From Glycera tridactyla (lineage: Eukaryota), in contig OZ286474.1 of NCBI GenBank assembly GCA_965644265.1, positions 23,498,001 to 23,562,000 on the forward strand: 64,000 nucleotides of DNA. The letters are read 5' to 3'. Made by a program: the position numbers and the translations under genes. Shown here one piece after another: positions 39,331 through 52,573 of the stretch. The first letter of the stretch is position 1; each line of letters opens with the position of its first letter. The notes under the pieces were generated by a model. It was not told the DNA's origin. It was given only the letters and a program-made list of their open reading frames with translations, and ran no database searches.

Positions 39331-40195
39331 TGGACTTGTTGATATTCAAAGTCAGTCTATTGCGTGTACTATGGATATTATACAGTCAAATGATCAAACA
39401 TGAGATGAATTGTCAGTCCTTGCATGGTACATCAAAGTCAGCAGTGTTTTATTTGGTCAACTTTGCTTTGGCGAGAAAAATGACACAATATTCAACTACA
39501 ACTCCCACGATTCTTTCCTGTTCCCTGCTGACCGGTTGAAAAAAACAATTTACATCTATGATAAACAGCATTCGATTTGTGACAGAATCATCAAAGCACC
39601 TTTGATATTGTGAATTGGCATTGGGGTGATGTCAGAAGCCGCAAATGGGGCATGCAGCAACCCTCAATCTAATCATCCATAATCCAATCTATCCATAAAC
39701 TTCGACTTTTGAAGCTTACCGCGATTTGACGAGTCTGGGTCATATTTTCATATCAGAAATAGCTTATTATGTTGGTCTAGTTGGATGGCTCCCAGTATAA
39801 ACACGGACCCTCTCAGTTACCATCGCGACTGCACCTTGTGCTTTGCCGACATCCTTGGCACAGCTATGAATCCTAAAATCCCCAGAACTCCATGTATCAC
39901 AAGAGCTATGACTCAATTATTGAGATGGAACAAAGGTCTGATCTGACGACATGTCCATTCACACGTGTAATGACTGGGTACAACAAACGTTCATAGATCA
40001 ACTGGCAGTCGGCAGGAATACCAGACATGCACACCTAGCAGCCCGACAATGAGGGTTAAGGTCAAATTCGGTCATGGGTGCTCCCTCAGTGGATGGGTAT
40101 AAAGGACAGGAGGCTGGCCACTTGGTCTTCATTCTCACCTCGTTCACAGATCTGGAAGCATCCTTTCCACCTAGACACTATCCAACAACATCATC

Positions 40196-40695
40196 ATGAA
40201 CGGATTCACTGTGGTTGCCCTACTTGCCTGTGTTAGCATGGCTTTTGCTGGTAGATACATGGGAAACTACCAGGGTAAGTTTGTCTTTATTACACCTTGA
40301 TCCATCCTCACCCAGATAGTATCATCAGAAGGATCCGGCCGATGTGAGGCGGGATGCCCCAACATCCTGAATTATGTTTTATTGGGGTGGGATGTATCAA
40401 ATGATTGGTTGGTTGGTTGGCTATTTTATATCTATTGAGCACCATGGTGCGATATCGATATACTCTTGGATTGGTCATAGTTGGCATCATTAGAGACATT
40501 CAAAGTGTATGATTTTTAAATAGATTGTACAAAAATCTCTCTGTGCAGTTTTGTATCATTCGGCTTCAGCCATCTCCTATAACTAATGTCTTACCAATTT
40601 GAAGGTATATCGAGATGTAGCTCATCTGTGGCATTTTTCCAATAATTTTTCATCTGTGTGTATCCGTATCTCTCTCCATATATACAAACCATATA

Positions 40696-40772
<77 letters not shown>

Positions 40773-41227
40773 AAATATACTCGCTGAATGTCTGTTTCAT
40801 GATGAACATGTTGAATGTCTACTTAAGTAATCACCCTGTTTATTGGATCCCAAAACCTTTGTGAACCATCGACTTGTAAATAAAAGGTATGTTATGTTAT
40901 GTTATATAAATATGTTTGTCATAACATTGATTGCTATCGTACATTTAAGGTTCTTGTGGGGCTGATGGTATCTACTCCAATGGTAACAATGGAATCACAT
41001 TCTGCTCAGGAGGTGTAGCTTCAACCCAGTACTGTGCTCCAGGCACAAGCCACTCATACAAGGCTGCTGCTGGTGCCTATGGTTACGGCTCTGGACTCTG
41101 TGACGTCAACCATAATGATAACAACTATGGCTATTACCCATCCTACCCCGGTGCCTACCATGGTGCTTACCCAGGCAACTATGCCTACCCCGGTGGCTCC
41201 GCTCCTCACTTCAACCAAATCCATTAA
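40196..41227 (+). CDS. A-type copy A6 (118 aa; exons 40196-40274 + 40950-41227); absent from the ORF track in its true frame
   Basis: TATAAA 40098; GTAAGT donor 40275, TTTAAG acceptor 40949; exon 2 ends NYGYYPSYPGAYHGAYPGNYAYPGGSAPHFNQIH*. Confidence 0.9.
40701..40770. repeat. (TG)n microsatellite in intron 1 of A6; others: (TA)n at ~1158-1188, ~8835-8850, ~17510-17530, ~48626-48692; (TCA)n ~26849-26883; (CA)n ~41421-41487; (TTGG)n ~58795-58835
   Basis: Directly visible simple repeats. Confidence 0.95.
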
Positions 41228-41422
41228 ATTGATGTCTGTCCTTGATTTGGGCAATCAACATTTGGAAGATGGGTATGTATATTAAGGAGAAGTGATAGAA
41301 ACTTGCCCAATCTAATTAACAAAAAAAACATGACCTCACTATGTTTTCCCAAATACCATAAACGAACTCTTCTTGATTCCATAAAGAAACTTTACTGATA
41401 GTCCTCTCCACCCTCACCACAA

Positions 41423-41483
<61 letters not shown>

Positions 41484-41507
41484 CACAACTATTCTCATCC
41501 AACACAT

Positions 41508-41682
41508 GCCTGCCTTGGTGGCTCGGAGGGAGCGTACTGGGACAGCATGTATTTGGTCTGGGGTTCAATCCCCGTTCCAACCAGGCAGGAATGTTTCACC
41601 CTTCCTCCTTGGCGGGTGGTCTGATTTAGCCTACTCAAGTGCAGGAAGTGGACCTAAAACCTCACCATTTCCATTTCCATTT
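41508..41682 (+). mobile_element. tRNA-derived SINE, family S2, second copy
   Basis: Homologous to 33530-33720 in opposite orientation; flanked by TTCTCATCC(A/T)ACA repeats. Confidence 0.8.
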
Positions 41683-41768
41683 TCTCATCCTACATGCCCT
41701 AACACAAAATCGAGAAATTCATGATGTAGTTTGCTCAGCTGATATGTACTACCGTCAACTTTGAGTCT

Positions 41769-42170
41769 AACTATGGTTACTTCCCATCCTACACTGGTGC
41801 TTACCCAGGCAAATATGCCTACCCTGGCGGCTTCGCTCCCCACTCTCTTCAACCAAATTGATTAAATTTCTGACCTTGATTTGTGCATTGATGTATGTCT
41901 ATCCAGGAGGAGTAATAAACTCTTGTTCAATCTAAATTATGGGTAAACATGTTCTCACAATGTTTTCTCAAGTACCATAAGGTAATTTTTACAAATCCCA
42001 TATGGGAACTTTACTGATGTCCCCAAAGCCCTCTCCACCCCTCACAACCCTCACACAAACACACATATACAAACACACACACAACACCATCTACGTACAC
42101 CATACCCTGGCACACAATCGAGGAATTCATGTAGTTTGCTCAGCTGAGATGCATTCCAATCAAGTTTGAA
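41769..42170 (+). pseudogene. Orphan duplicate of the 3' end of A-type exon 2 plus following intron sequence, inside intron 2 of A6
   Basis: 41769-41865 reads NYGYFPSYTGAYPGKYAYPGGFAPHSLQPN*; no Cys domain or acceptor upstream; following sequence parallels 41228-41768. Confidence 0.75.
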
Positions 42171-43186
42171 TCTTCCCTTCAAGGCAAACACATTTTAAGA
42201 TATTCTGGATGTCTGAGCCGGTCAATGGACTTCGTAAATAGCAAGGCTAATTATTCATCATGCAGCTAGAGTCCCTCACCAAGAATATGTGTGCACTCAT
42301 GATGACTGTGCAATCTTCACTTCACACAACTGTCATCAAGATCACCCATTACCAAGACCACCGAACTGTGACTCATTGCATTTTGATGTGAATCAGCGTG
42401 TGTTGGGATTGAATTGAATTGAAAACTTTTATTTACAATCGTCATGGGTACAATTAGACATATAAACAATGCTCATCTCCAGGATGACGAATATATTGAT
42501 TATCAAATATTCAAATACGACATGGAGGAACTATGTACAAATGGGTGATCAGGCGAAATGTAGGATGAGGGATGGTAATGGAGATGAGATGAGATGATTT
42601 GGTCATCTTACTGGAAACATTCGTCATACATTCGTGATAATTTCCAGGTAACAGCTTTTCTGTATTTTTCAACATAGGATCACTCTAGTATGGATAAATG
42701 AATTCAACCAACATAAAAAATAACAATAAGGGCAGTAGGTGGTGAGTGGTATAGGGTTAATGATATAGGGTAAACAGAGTAAACAAGTATAAAAGTATAG
42801 ACTGAAGTAAACAAGTAGAAACATGCTATTGATACATACCAGAATTGACAAATTTAATCAATTCGGAGTTCCTTTATGTATTTCTTGAATGCACTCGGAG
42901 GGGGGGGGGGGGGTCGAAAGTCATGTGACATGCACACAGTTGTAGTGAATCACAAACATGTATTTGTCACTTGAATTAATATCGTCCATTGATAAGACTA
43001 CTGCACATGATTGGGATAATTCGAGACTCAGCTTTTGCATGCAACTGAAAGGTGCACCATATTGATAATCACAGACACACATGGTGTCATTTCTGGCTTG
43101 TGGGATACAAATTTCTTGTATAGGTACTTCATTTCAATATGAAAGTTCAGAATGTGTGAGGCTATATTTGTGTTCTTCTGTTTTAG

Positions 43187-44165
43187 CCAGCAAGCAATGT
43201 TTTGCTTCACAAGTCGCAACCTAGAGAACGTTCTGAATTACTATTCGTCGTCGATCACATGGGGATCACATGGGGATGCACATTCAAGTTCCAGTTGACC
43301 GTGACCTTTCTGGCCAGGATTGAAAAAGGCTATTCCTCAGTTTTTTTTTAAATAAAACAGAAATATTCTCAACTAGCATATCTTGTTTTTCATTCACCCT
43401 TGTAAGATGCAACAAATCAAGTGAATGTGAGATTGATGCAGGTTCACCCCTCTTCAAGACAATTGACATACATAACCCCTCAGGTGGATATATAGTGCAA
43501 ATTTTCCAACCGACCACATTCTACATGATGTACGTTTATGGGAAATGATACCAATAGTGAGACGGTGATTTTCTTCCGTCAGCACAACCTGATTTATATT
43601 GAGATGTTCATGCTGTGGGTATGTGTGGTCTGATTGTAAGGATCAATGTCAGATGGAGATTCACGCGCTCATTACGAGTAAGGTGTAGTCTTATGCCAAG
43701 TACCAACAGGCACCGAGTGGGGAAATGATAAGTGGATATTCGACTGGCATAGACTCTCATTTTAACCCACAACTGATTCTGGTATTAGAATTAAGATAAC
43801 AGATAACACAGATGACTTTATTTTTATATGCTCATATTACAGGAAAGGGGCCCATATTTTACTCCCTGTTATTTGACCTAGGAGAAGGTGATGTCAGCTC
43901 AGTGACTGACTGCGATTCAGCGAGTCATGTGTATGATGAAGTCTATTATGAAGTTTTCTCATACCACAGGATCATATCTTTTTGTATTCCTCACTAAGTG
44001 AGCTGGAGTGATTGCACCTAAGTCGCTGATTTTAAGACAAGTGAGGAATAACAAGTGAATGCCCATCTAATATGAATTCTTGCTTTTATCCACCACTGAT
44101 TGTGGTATTCAAATTGATGCTTGGCCTTGGTGAAGTTTATCGTAGATGACACACTGGATCCATTG
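43187..44165 (+). mobile_element. Same ancient CR1/L2 LINE remnant (endonuclease part only) downstream of A6
   Basis: Colinear with 33978-34930 and 49680-51330. Confidence 0.5.
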
Positions 44166-44170
44166 GTTTT

Positions 44171-45175
44171 CTTTTTGGGGTGAAAAAAAAGCTTTTGATA
44201 CAGTTGATCACGACATTTGGTTGATTAGATGGGTCTGAGTAATAGTGTGATATCATTGTTCAGAACATACCCATTCCAGAGGAGACAATGTGTCAAGTTT
44301 TGGGCCCCTTATTATTTGTCATATATGTGAATACCCTTCCGACCATCGTTACTGAGTCGTCAACATACTTATATGCCGACGATATCGCTACCAGCGCCTC
44401 TGGGGACGATGAAGCGAGTATTATTGACAAGTTGTCTAGTGATCTAGGCAACTTATATAGTTGTTTCAAATCAATGAAACATTACTCGATCTATCGAAAT
44501 CGAATCAATGTTTTTCGGACAATAGCAGTTGAATCATTGATTTGTGCTGGAACAGAGATCACCTAGGTTAGCAGTGTTAAATATCTGGGCATATTCCTAG
44601 ATGAGCATCTTAAATTTAATGCCCATGCTGATTATTAGAAGGTTGAAAGCAGACGTATGTCCTTAAGAACTATAAGCCAGTATATCACTCGCCACCGTGC
44701 GTTATTCTTGTATCATCCTTCAATAAAATCTTTAATCTGTTTCAATGATTATATATTTGGTGGTTGTGGAGCCGGTGTAGCAGACAAACTATAAAAGTAC
44801 CAAAATAATTGTCTCCGAACTGTACTTAATGTGCCTCTTGGGTATTCAGCGACAACACGTCAGGTTCTGAAGGTGCCCAATTTCGCAAGTCTTCGAACTC
44901 ACCAACTAAGCCAGGAGATGTTAAAAATGTTCAATAGATTAGGAAATGGAAATATGAACCTAGTTCCTATTCTACGTAGTGACATGTCATCTAGGGCGAC
45001 AAGACAGTCCATTAGAAATGAGCTGGAGATTAAGCGTACACGTACGGCCTTTGCTGATGGCACTATGTTTATCAGAGGTGCGAGAGTATGTAACCAACTT
45101 CCCATCGACATTAGGGAATCTCCTAGCATTAGCTACTTTGAAAAAAACTGATAAATTTGTGCTATTTTTTGTCAT
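44171..45175 (+). mobile_element. Better-preserved CR1/L2-group LINE fragment (RT to C-terminus), disrupted
   Basis: KAFDTVDHD, VLGPLLFVIYVNTLP, YLYADD, KYLGIFLDEHLKFNAH, and C-terminal RTAFADGTMFIRGARVCNQLPIDIRESPSISYF; stops and frameshifts present. Confidence 0.85.
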
Positions 45176-45720
45176 CTAAACTGCTGTCCCAAGTTGCACT
45201 GGTAACTGTTAAAAAAGGATCAAGGGTCTGTTGGACATCTAATTGACCTTGTTTAATTGACTTGCTCTATCCTCTATGACATTTTCGAAGGTGTGCTATA
45301 AATATTCAGACAATAGAATCAATTGTGTTTCGAATAGGTGATGATAACTCATGACATTTATCGGAGTGCCCTCTTAAAACTATCAGAGATACAAACTGAA
45401 TTTATGTGTGTTGCATCGCAAACTATGTGAGGTGAATCATTTCGACTGCATTCTTAAAATTGTTATGATTTTCCAACTGGTAGGTGATACATTCGGGACC
45501 TGTCTCCCTACTTTCCCTGTTTTGTGCCTGTAATTTTAATTTTAATGATCGTAGTCACCAAGGGCGAAATTCTATGATGATTACTAGTATAATTGCACCA
45601 TGACTGAGCAGTGATTGATTAGACCACTTGAGATATTGTATCTTGACTATATCAGAATTGATTAGACAACTACTATTGTAGCTACTATAGTCAATGGGAC
45701 AAAAGATAAATGAACACGTC

Positions 45721-47385
45721 TTATTTTCCCATCTTATTTAGGCCATAGGGTATAAAAATAAACCCAATTCCTCTTTTCTTCTTTTTTCGGTTGTGTCTTG
45801 TTCTTTGTGGCTGGGGATGGCTTCCACGATGTAAGAAGTGATGCTGTCTCTTCGTCTGTGGGGTTGGTCGAAATGTACTGCCACTGGCTTGTTTCTCCTG
45901 TACCTGGTGTCTGCTTTGTGCTCCTTTAGTCATACGGCGAATGCTTGTTTTATTTCACTGACATATTGCATCTTGTATTCTTCACAATATAGTTAGTAGA
46001 TGGCGTTGCTTTTTTGGCAATTGGCTGTTTGTTTGAAAATGTGTTCTTGGTCAGTGTTGGGGCAAGTGAAAGTTGTCCTTCTTTTCAGTGCATTGCAAAT
46101 GTTGCAGGTTGCCTTTCTGCATTTATTATCTGATATTCCAGGCGGTTCCAGGTGATTCCAGGTGGTTCGGGTATTCTACCTCTGCTCTAATCAGCATCTC
46201 CTTTATATTCTTGCATCTTCTGTATGCGATCAATGATCTTTGGCCAACTATCTCCCTTGTTATTGGTGTGTTTTGTAGTATATGCCAGTTCCTTTTTAAT
46301 ATTTTGGTCAAATTAGGCATGCCCTGTCCATATTATGTGATGAGTGGAATTCTTGGTTTCTGTTCCTGTGGTTGTTTTGATTTGGGTTCCATCAAGGATT
46401 CTCTAGGAATTTTCCTAGCCTTTTCAAGAACTTGAGAGAGGGTAGCTAATGCATACCCTTGTTTTTTGAAATGTCCAGTCATATCTGTGCTGTGTGAGTG
46501 GGAAGTCTTCCTCTTTTGTATATATTCTTCTGAGTCTCAAGTACTGGCTGAATGGCAGTGCACTTTTACAGTGATCTGGGTGATGTGAATCTGCCGGTAA
46601 ATAGTTGTGTGAATCTGTGCATAGATCTGTGTATATGGTGTTGGTGGTGTGGCCTATTTTGACTTTGGTGTCTAAGAAAACAACTGCATCCATACTCTGT
46701 TTGGCTGTGAACATGATGGTGTCATGGAAGTTGTCGCAAAGTGCAATGAATGTTTCTAGGTCAGGGATTGAATGATTCTGTATCATGAATATGTCGTCCA
46801 TGTATCTCGAAAAAAATGTGAGGTTTGTTGTTTGTTGTGGCCAACATCTTGGTTTCGAGGTCTGCCATGGATAGGCAGGCATATGTGGGGGCTACTTTCG
46901 TGCCCATGGCTGTTCCTCCTATCTGTAGGTAGTGATTGCCGTTAAACTCAAAGTTGTTTTTATGGAGTACCATTTCAAGCAATTTGATTATTGCATAGTT
47001 TGGGATGAGTGGTCTTTTGTTTCTGATGGTGTTTGATATGGCTTTCAAACCGTTCCTGTTTGGAATATTTGTATATAATGATGTCACATCCATTGTAACC
47101 AGTATGGGGTTCTTTGGTAATACCATGTTGTGTATTATTCTGACAAATTCGGTTGTGTCCTTCACAAATGATCTTATTTGTGGTACCAAAGGTTTTAGTA
47201 GTTCATCCACAAAACTGGATATTCTCTCAGTGGGGCAGTTATTCCCACTGATGAGCGGTCTACCCGGTATATTTTTTTTATGGATTTTTGGCAGCAAATA
47301 AAATCTGGCAGTGCGTGGTCCATAGTGTGTAAGTAATCTGGCCAGTTTGGGGTACAAGATTCCCAAAGCTCCCAACATGTCACAA
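45721..47385 (-). mobile_element. Penelope-like retroelement remnant (RT + GIY-YIG endonuclease), frameshifted
   Basis: RFYLLPKIHK..PGRPLIS, MDVTSLYTNIP, YLQIGGTAMGTKVAPTYA, RYMDDIF, LPFSQYLRLRRI, then an AIY...QYVSE...KEH GIY-YIG-like segment near 45900-46010. Confidence 0.9.
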
Positions 47386-47874
47386 TCTTCGTGCTGACTG
47401 GTTGATGGAGAGAGGGGGAGAGAGAGGGGGGGGGGGGGTAGACAATGGATGCGTCCGACTTCAAGCACCGATATGACTGCACGTAGGGCATGCGAAAAAC
47501 TATCAAGCTGATTAGTATTCATAAACTTCGACGTTTGAAGCGTGCATGCCCAGGCAGGATCCTACCGTTCCCCTCCATCCCAAGAGCTATGACCCATTGA
47601 ATGACATGGAACAAGGTCAATACCGGCAACATGTCCGTTCACAGGTGAATTGACTAGATACAGCAAATATACATATATCAACTGGCAGTAGACAAGAATA
47701 CCAGACATGCATGCCTAGCAGCCAGACAGTGACACTAAAGTAGGTCAAAGTCAGATATAGATTCCTCCTCGGTGGATAGGTGTAAAAGGGAGAGGCAGAC
47801 CATTCGGTCTTCACTCTCACCGTGTCCACCTATCTTTAAACATCTTTGTCATCTAGACACCATCCAACATCATC

Positions 47875-48644
47875 ATGAACGGATTCACAGTGGTTGCCCT
47901 ACTTGCCTGTGTTAGCATGGCTTTCGCTGTTAACTACTTGGGAAACTACCCAGGTAAGCTTGTCTCTGTTTACACCTGACATTCATCCTTACTCTCAATA
48001 GTATTATCGGGAAGGATGAGGCCTATGTGAGGCAAGGCCACTTCCGACACCCATGCAATTGTCATGGTTGGGGTCATTAGAGACTCCTCCTGGGTCAAAA
48101 ACAGCAGGTGAAATTCACAGGTATTACTTGGGAAATCCACCGGCATTTGAGCCATCTCTTTGCACAGTTCTTTATCATTGGCTTCAGCCATCTGCACCAC
48201 TAAAATCTTACTATTCCAGAACTGATATTTGAACTCAAGTCTTTATATAGATCATATGTGGCACTTGTCTGATCATATAATTTCCGTTCATCCATATATA
48301 TGTGAGCTTTTTTGTTTGAAATTACATCAAAATATACCTCATCTGTGGCACTTATTCGATCATATAAATTTGTTTATCCATATTCATATGTAAGCTTTTT
48401 TGTTTGAATATGGAGTCATCCGTGGCACTTATTTAATTATCATATGGATGTGCCATTTTCAGTGAAGTATCAGGTGTCGACTATTGCTTGAGTCACTTCA
48501 CAGCTGGGTCAGAACTAGTTTTGACAATTTCTGCACTAATCCATGAGATGAAAGCAAGACTGTATGACCGTGAGTTAAAAACACGATACCAAACGCTATT
48601 ATACTCATCTAAGTTTTGTTTATTGATATATATATATATATGTA

Positions 48645-48694
<50 letters not shown>

Positions 48695-48978
48695 GTATTG
48701 TCTTCCCTAAGCAGTTCTCATCTTATGTCTTAGGTTCTTGCGGGGCTGATGGTATCTACTCAAATGGTCACAACAGCATCACATTCTGCTCGGGAGGTGT
48801 CGCTTCATCCCAGTACTGTGCTCCAGGCACGAGCCACTCATACAAGGCTGCCGCTGGTGCCTATGGTTATGGCTCTGGACTCTGTGATGTCAACCATAAT
48901 GACAACAACTATGGCTACTACCCAGGCAACTATGCCTACCCTGGTGGCTTTGCTCCTCACTTCAACCGAGTCCATTAG
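47875..48978 (+). CDS. A-type copy A7 (107 aa; exons 47875-47953 + 48734-48978), the most diverged A copy
   Basis: MNGFTVVALLACVSMAFAVNYLGNYP; GTAAGC donor 47954, CTTAG acceptor 48733; exon 2 ...NGHNSITFCSGGVASSQYCAPG...NYGYYPGNYAYPGGFAPHFNRVH*; frame intact; TATA position reads TGTAAAA (47781). Confidence 0.88.
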
Positions 48979-49679
48979 ATTAGTTTCTGTCCTTGATTCA
49001 GGCATTCAACATCTGGAAGATGGGTATGTATATTAAGGAGAAGTGATAGAAACTTGCTCAATCTAATTCACGGAAAAACATCACCTCACCAAGGGATCCA
49101 TGTAGTTTGCTCGGCTGAGATGTATTGCCATAGAATTTGAGTCTTTGAGTTTTTTATATTACGGACATCGTGTCAATGGACTACTGAAATAGCAAAATAT
49201 TTTCATAGCACAGCTTGTGTCACTTCTACTGAGGGTGTATGTACACTCTTGATGTCTATGCCACCTTTGGTCTATACACACATTCATCAAGGTTTATGAC
49301 TCATTTTTCTTTGAATGGGAATAATTGGTGCATGTAGGAGGCGGGGAGATCAGAGGCCATGTAATATGATAACAGCAGTATTGAATAGCTGCGTTTGTCT
49401 CACAATCGTGTGGTATTTGCCACATAGAAAAATGTTGTCTATTGGTAAGTCTACATAATGTGCATGAGTGGAATCATTCAATACTTATCTTGTTCCGGCC
49501 AATGAAATGTGAAAATTTGTGATAATCACAGATATGCATGGTGTTATCTCTTTTTTTGTGAGAGACAATATTCATCTAGATAAGGAGCAAACTTCAGGTC
49601 AAGATGTTCTAAATCAATATGCAAGTTCAGAATGGGCGAGGTGAATGTCATTGGCTATATTTGTGTTTTTCTTTTTCAG

Positions 49680-51930
49680 GTAGCATGATATGGTTCGCAG
49701 AAACTTGGTCGTCTGTCACATCAGGAGGCACATTCGAGGTCAAATATAACGTGGTCAGCCCGACCAGGAGTGAACAAAGCCTATGCCTCATTTTTGTTGA
49801 AATAAAACTGAAAAAAATATCTCAAGCATCATACTTTGTTTTCAGTTCACACGATCCTACTAATTGAGTGAATAATAAGACTGATGCAAGTCCATCCCTT
49901 GGCAGGAAGAATATATCTTAACCTGCATACTTTGTTTTCAGTTCACACGACCCTACTAATTGAGTGAATAATAAGACTGATGCAAGTCCATCCCTTGGCA
50001 GGAAGAATATATCTTAACCTGCATACTTTGTTTTCAGTTCACACGACCCTACTAACTGAGTGAATAATGAGACTGATGCAAGTCCATCCCTTGGCAGGAA
50101 GAATATATCTCAACCTGCATACTTTGTTTTCAGTTCACAAGACCCTACTAATTGAGTGAATGATAAGACTGATGCAAGTTCATCCCTTGGCAGGAAGAAT
50201 ATATCTTAACCTGCATACTTTGTTTTCAGTTCACACGACCCTACTAACTGAGTGAATAATAAGACTGATGCAAGTCCACCTCTTGGCAGGACACAATACA
50301 TACATAATCCTTTAGCTTGGTGTATACTGCAATCTTCTAACTAACCATATTCTACATGATCTATGTTTATGGCCAATGAATCCAATAATGTGATGGTGGT
50401 GTTTCATCCATCAGCCCAATCTGATTTGAATTGAGATGTTCATATTATAGGCATGCCTGGATCCATGTCAGTCACAGGGATCCATGTCAGTTGGAGATCC
50501 ACATTATCCATTCATCATTGGATGGTTTTGCTTTAATTCTACATTGGCATCAATTTCAATTTCAATAACTTCATCAAACTCCGGCAAGGAATGTCAAGGA
50601 GACTATTTCTTCCCTCAGGAGTACAAAATAAAAAAACAAGTTAGTAATAAGATATATACACCAACAATACAAGCAAACAAGACATTCATGATTATACCAC
50701 TATACTTAATTCTGGTCATCACAATACTGGTCATATGTTCCAGGAGACCGCTGTATCCAAACATAGAAAATTGTATGAAATTTATACAAATCAGTTTAGT
50801 GTGTACGGCAAGGGCAGTTCAAAACACAGAAATTCCTTGGCATGTCGACGTCAGATTTCAACGTAGAGTGATTGGTAACCACAATTGGCCAGCACCAAAT
50901 GTGTTATATTGTGACACCCATACAATGGCAATAGGTGTGATTGTTCAAGACTCCTCCTCTTGGGTCCTATACAGAGGGTGAAATTCCCAGACACTCAAGG
51001 TGTCATTTCTGGTATCTTCATCTGGTATCGTCTTTCACCTCGTAACAACCACCACAGAGTTAGTAATAATAAGTGGATATCCAAGTGGCAAGTCTCTCAT
51101 TTTTCTCCAACAACATATCAAAATTGAAATTTAGTGAGCTATGTGACTGTCCATGATAAAGTTTTCTCATACCACAGGATAATTTCTCTATGTATTCTTT
51201 ACCAAGTGAGGAATAACAGGCGAGTACCAATTTAATATGAATTCGTACTCATATCCATGACTGATTGTATTAACCGGTTTCGTTCTGATAGAATTCTCTT
51301 AGATATCAGACTGGATTCATTTGTTACCGGTTACAAAATACTATTGAATAGGAATATCATCCGGCAGGTGGCATCAGGTGTGAATGAGATTTTCCAATCC
51401 CATCTTTTATATTATCATGGAAACAGAAAATTAGTGAAGCCATTTGATGACCAATGCACAATCCATGGCCCACATCTTTCTCCATGGCACATTTTGCCAT
51501 AGGATAGCATCAGCTGGGGTCCTAAAGGAAGTCTAGTTTGACATTTGAAGTGTTATTTCTGACTGAGACTTATGTCTTGCCTGGTGGCACCAAAATTGAT
51601 GCCAAGCCCGCCAGTTTCGACCAGATCCATGTCCTTGAAGCAGTTCAAAGTTCGATGGCTGACTCTGTGTCCTATCATGGTTTTATTCACGAATGGGATG
51701 ATGTCAACAACTACAACATAGTGGGCTGATTGGGACAAGCAAAATGATGGAGGGGACAGTACAGCAACAGCTGTACAAACAGAAGAATGTGTATAATCCC
51801 CTCAGCGGTGCGCAATTTGTATTGAAGTCCATGTGCCTAATTGCAGTACTCGAAGATTGTCTGGATTGGTATTGTTGGACTTTGGTGGCATGTTTCAACA
51901 CAAAGGAATATGTATGCCATTTGTTCTTCA
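49680..51930 (+). mobile_element. Same ancient CR1/L2 LINE remnant downstream of A7
   Basis: ORF 49619 contains IWFAETWSSVTSGGTFEVKYNVVSPTRSEQSLCLIFVEIKL (endonuclease ETW region); ORF 51744 MMEGTVQQQLYKQKNVYNPLSGAQF (RT). Confidence 0.7.
49830..50290. repeat. 96-bp tandem repeat, about 4.8 units
   Basis: CATACTTTGTTTTCAG starts at 49830, 49926, 50022, 50118, 50214. Confidence 0.96.
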
Positions 51931-51974
51931 TCCATGACATCATGTGTCAAACCCTGATCGCATGATGGGGACCA

Positions 51975-52110
51975 AACCATCTTTAAAATAACAGGTGCCT
52001 ATAGAGGATAATATGATCCAGTTCCAGATATTCCCGCCTCGATATTTCACTGTATTTGGCACAGGGTGGTACTCGCAGTGAAGTGCGTCAAACTTTCTGT
52101 TCCTAACACT
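51975..52110 (-). mobile_element. Possible Tc1 transposase remnant
   Basis: PNTVKYRGGNIWNWIILSSIGT resembles the Tc1 'PTVKHGGGS.MVWGCFS..G.G' motif; short and degenerate. Confidence 0.35.
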
Positions 52111-52573
52111 GCCATAGATATCTCTGTGTATGTGAGATATAATTTTAAGTGCTTCTCGGCAAACAATATGATGTTTCAACTTGATATGTCATCTTGATTA
52201 TCAAATCTGACTATGCAGGCATACGCTTTATTGAAAAATCGCTATCATGATTCTGACTTTGTGAAGTATCATGTCTGTCTCCTTACTAGCCAACGATTTG
52301 GTCAAGATTTGATGCTAAGCCACCGGACTATCGGTCGACCTTCTTAGCCCCTAGGTTTTTGTCCAAGTTGACCTAATCTCCAATCGAGTCATCCCTTACA
52401 AAAACCTTGTCAGGTGTTTGGTTTTCGGCTTTCGTACTCCTGAAGGACCAGGAGTCTTGCTTTTTACTCCAATGCTGAATCCGCAATGCACACAGAAAGA
52501 TGATTGGTATTCTGCCTCTCTGTACACTTTGCAACCATGATATGTAAACCTTTTTAGAGTGAACTTGATTTAT

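Noticed and set aside
40591-41580. (TH)n, (CV)n and similar ORFs
   Set aside because: Translations of TG/CA microsatellites; same for the (YI)n start of ORF 48616.
50484-50981. 165-aa ORF
   Set aside because: Spans decayed LINE, an AT-rich insertion and an S1 retroposon copy; no coherent protein features.
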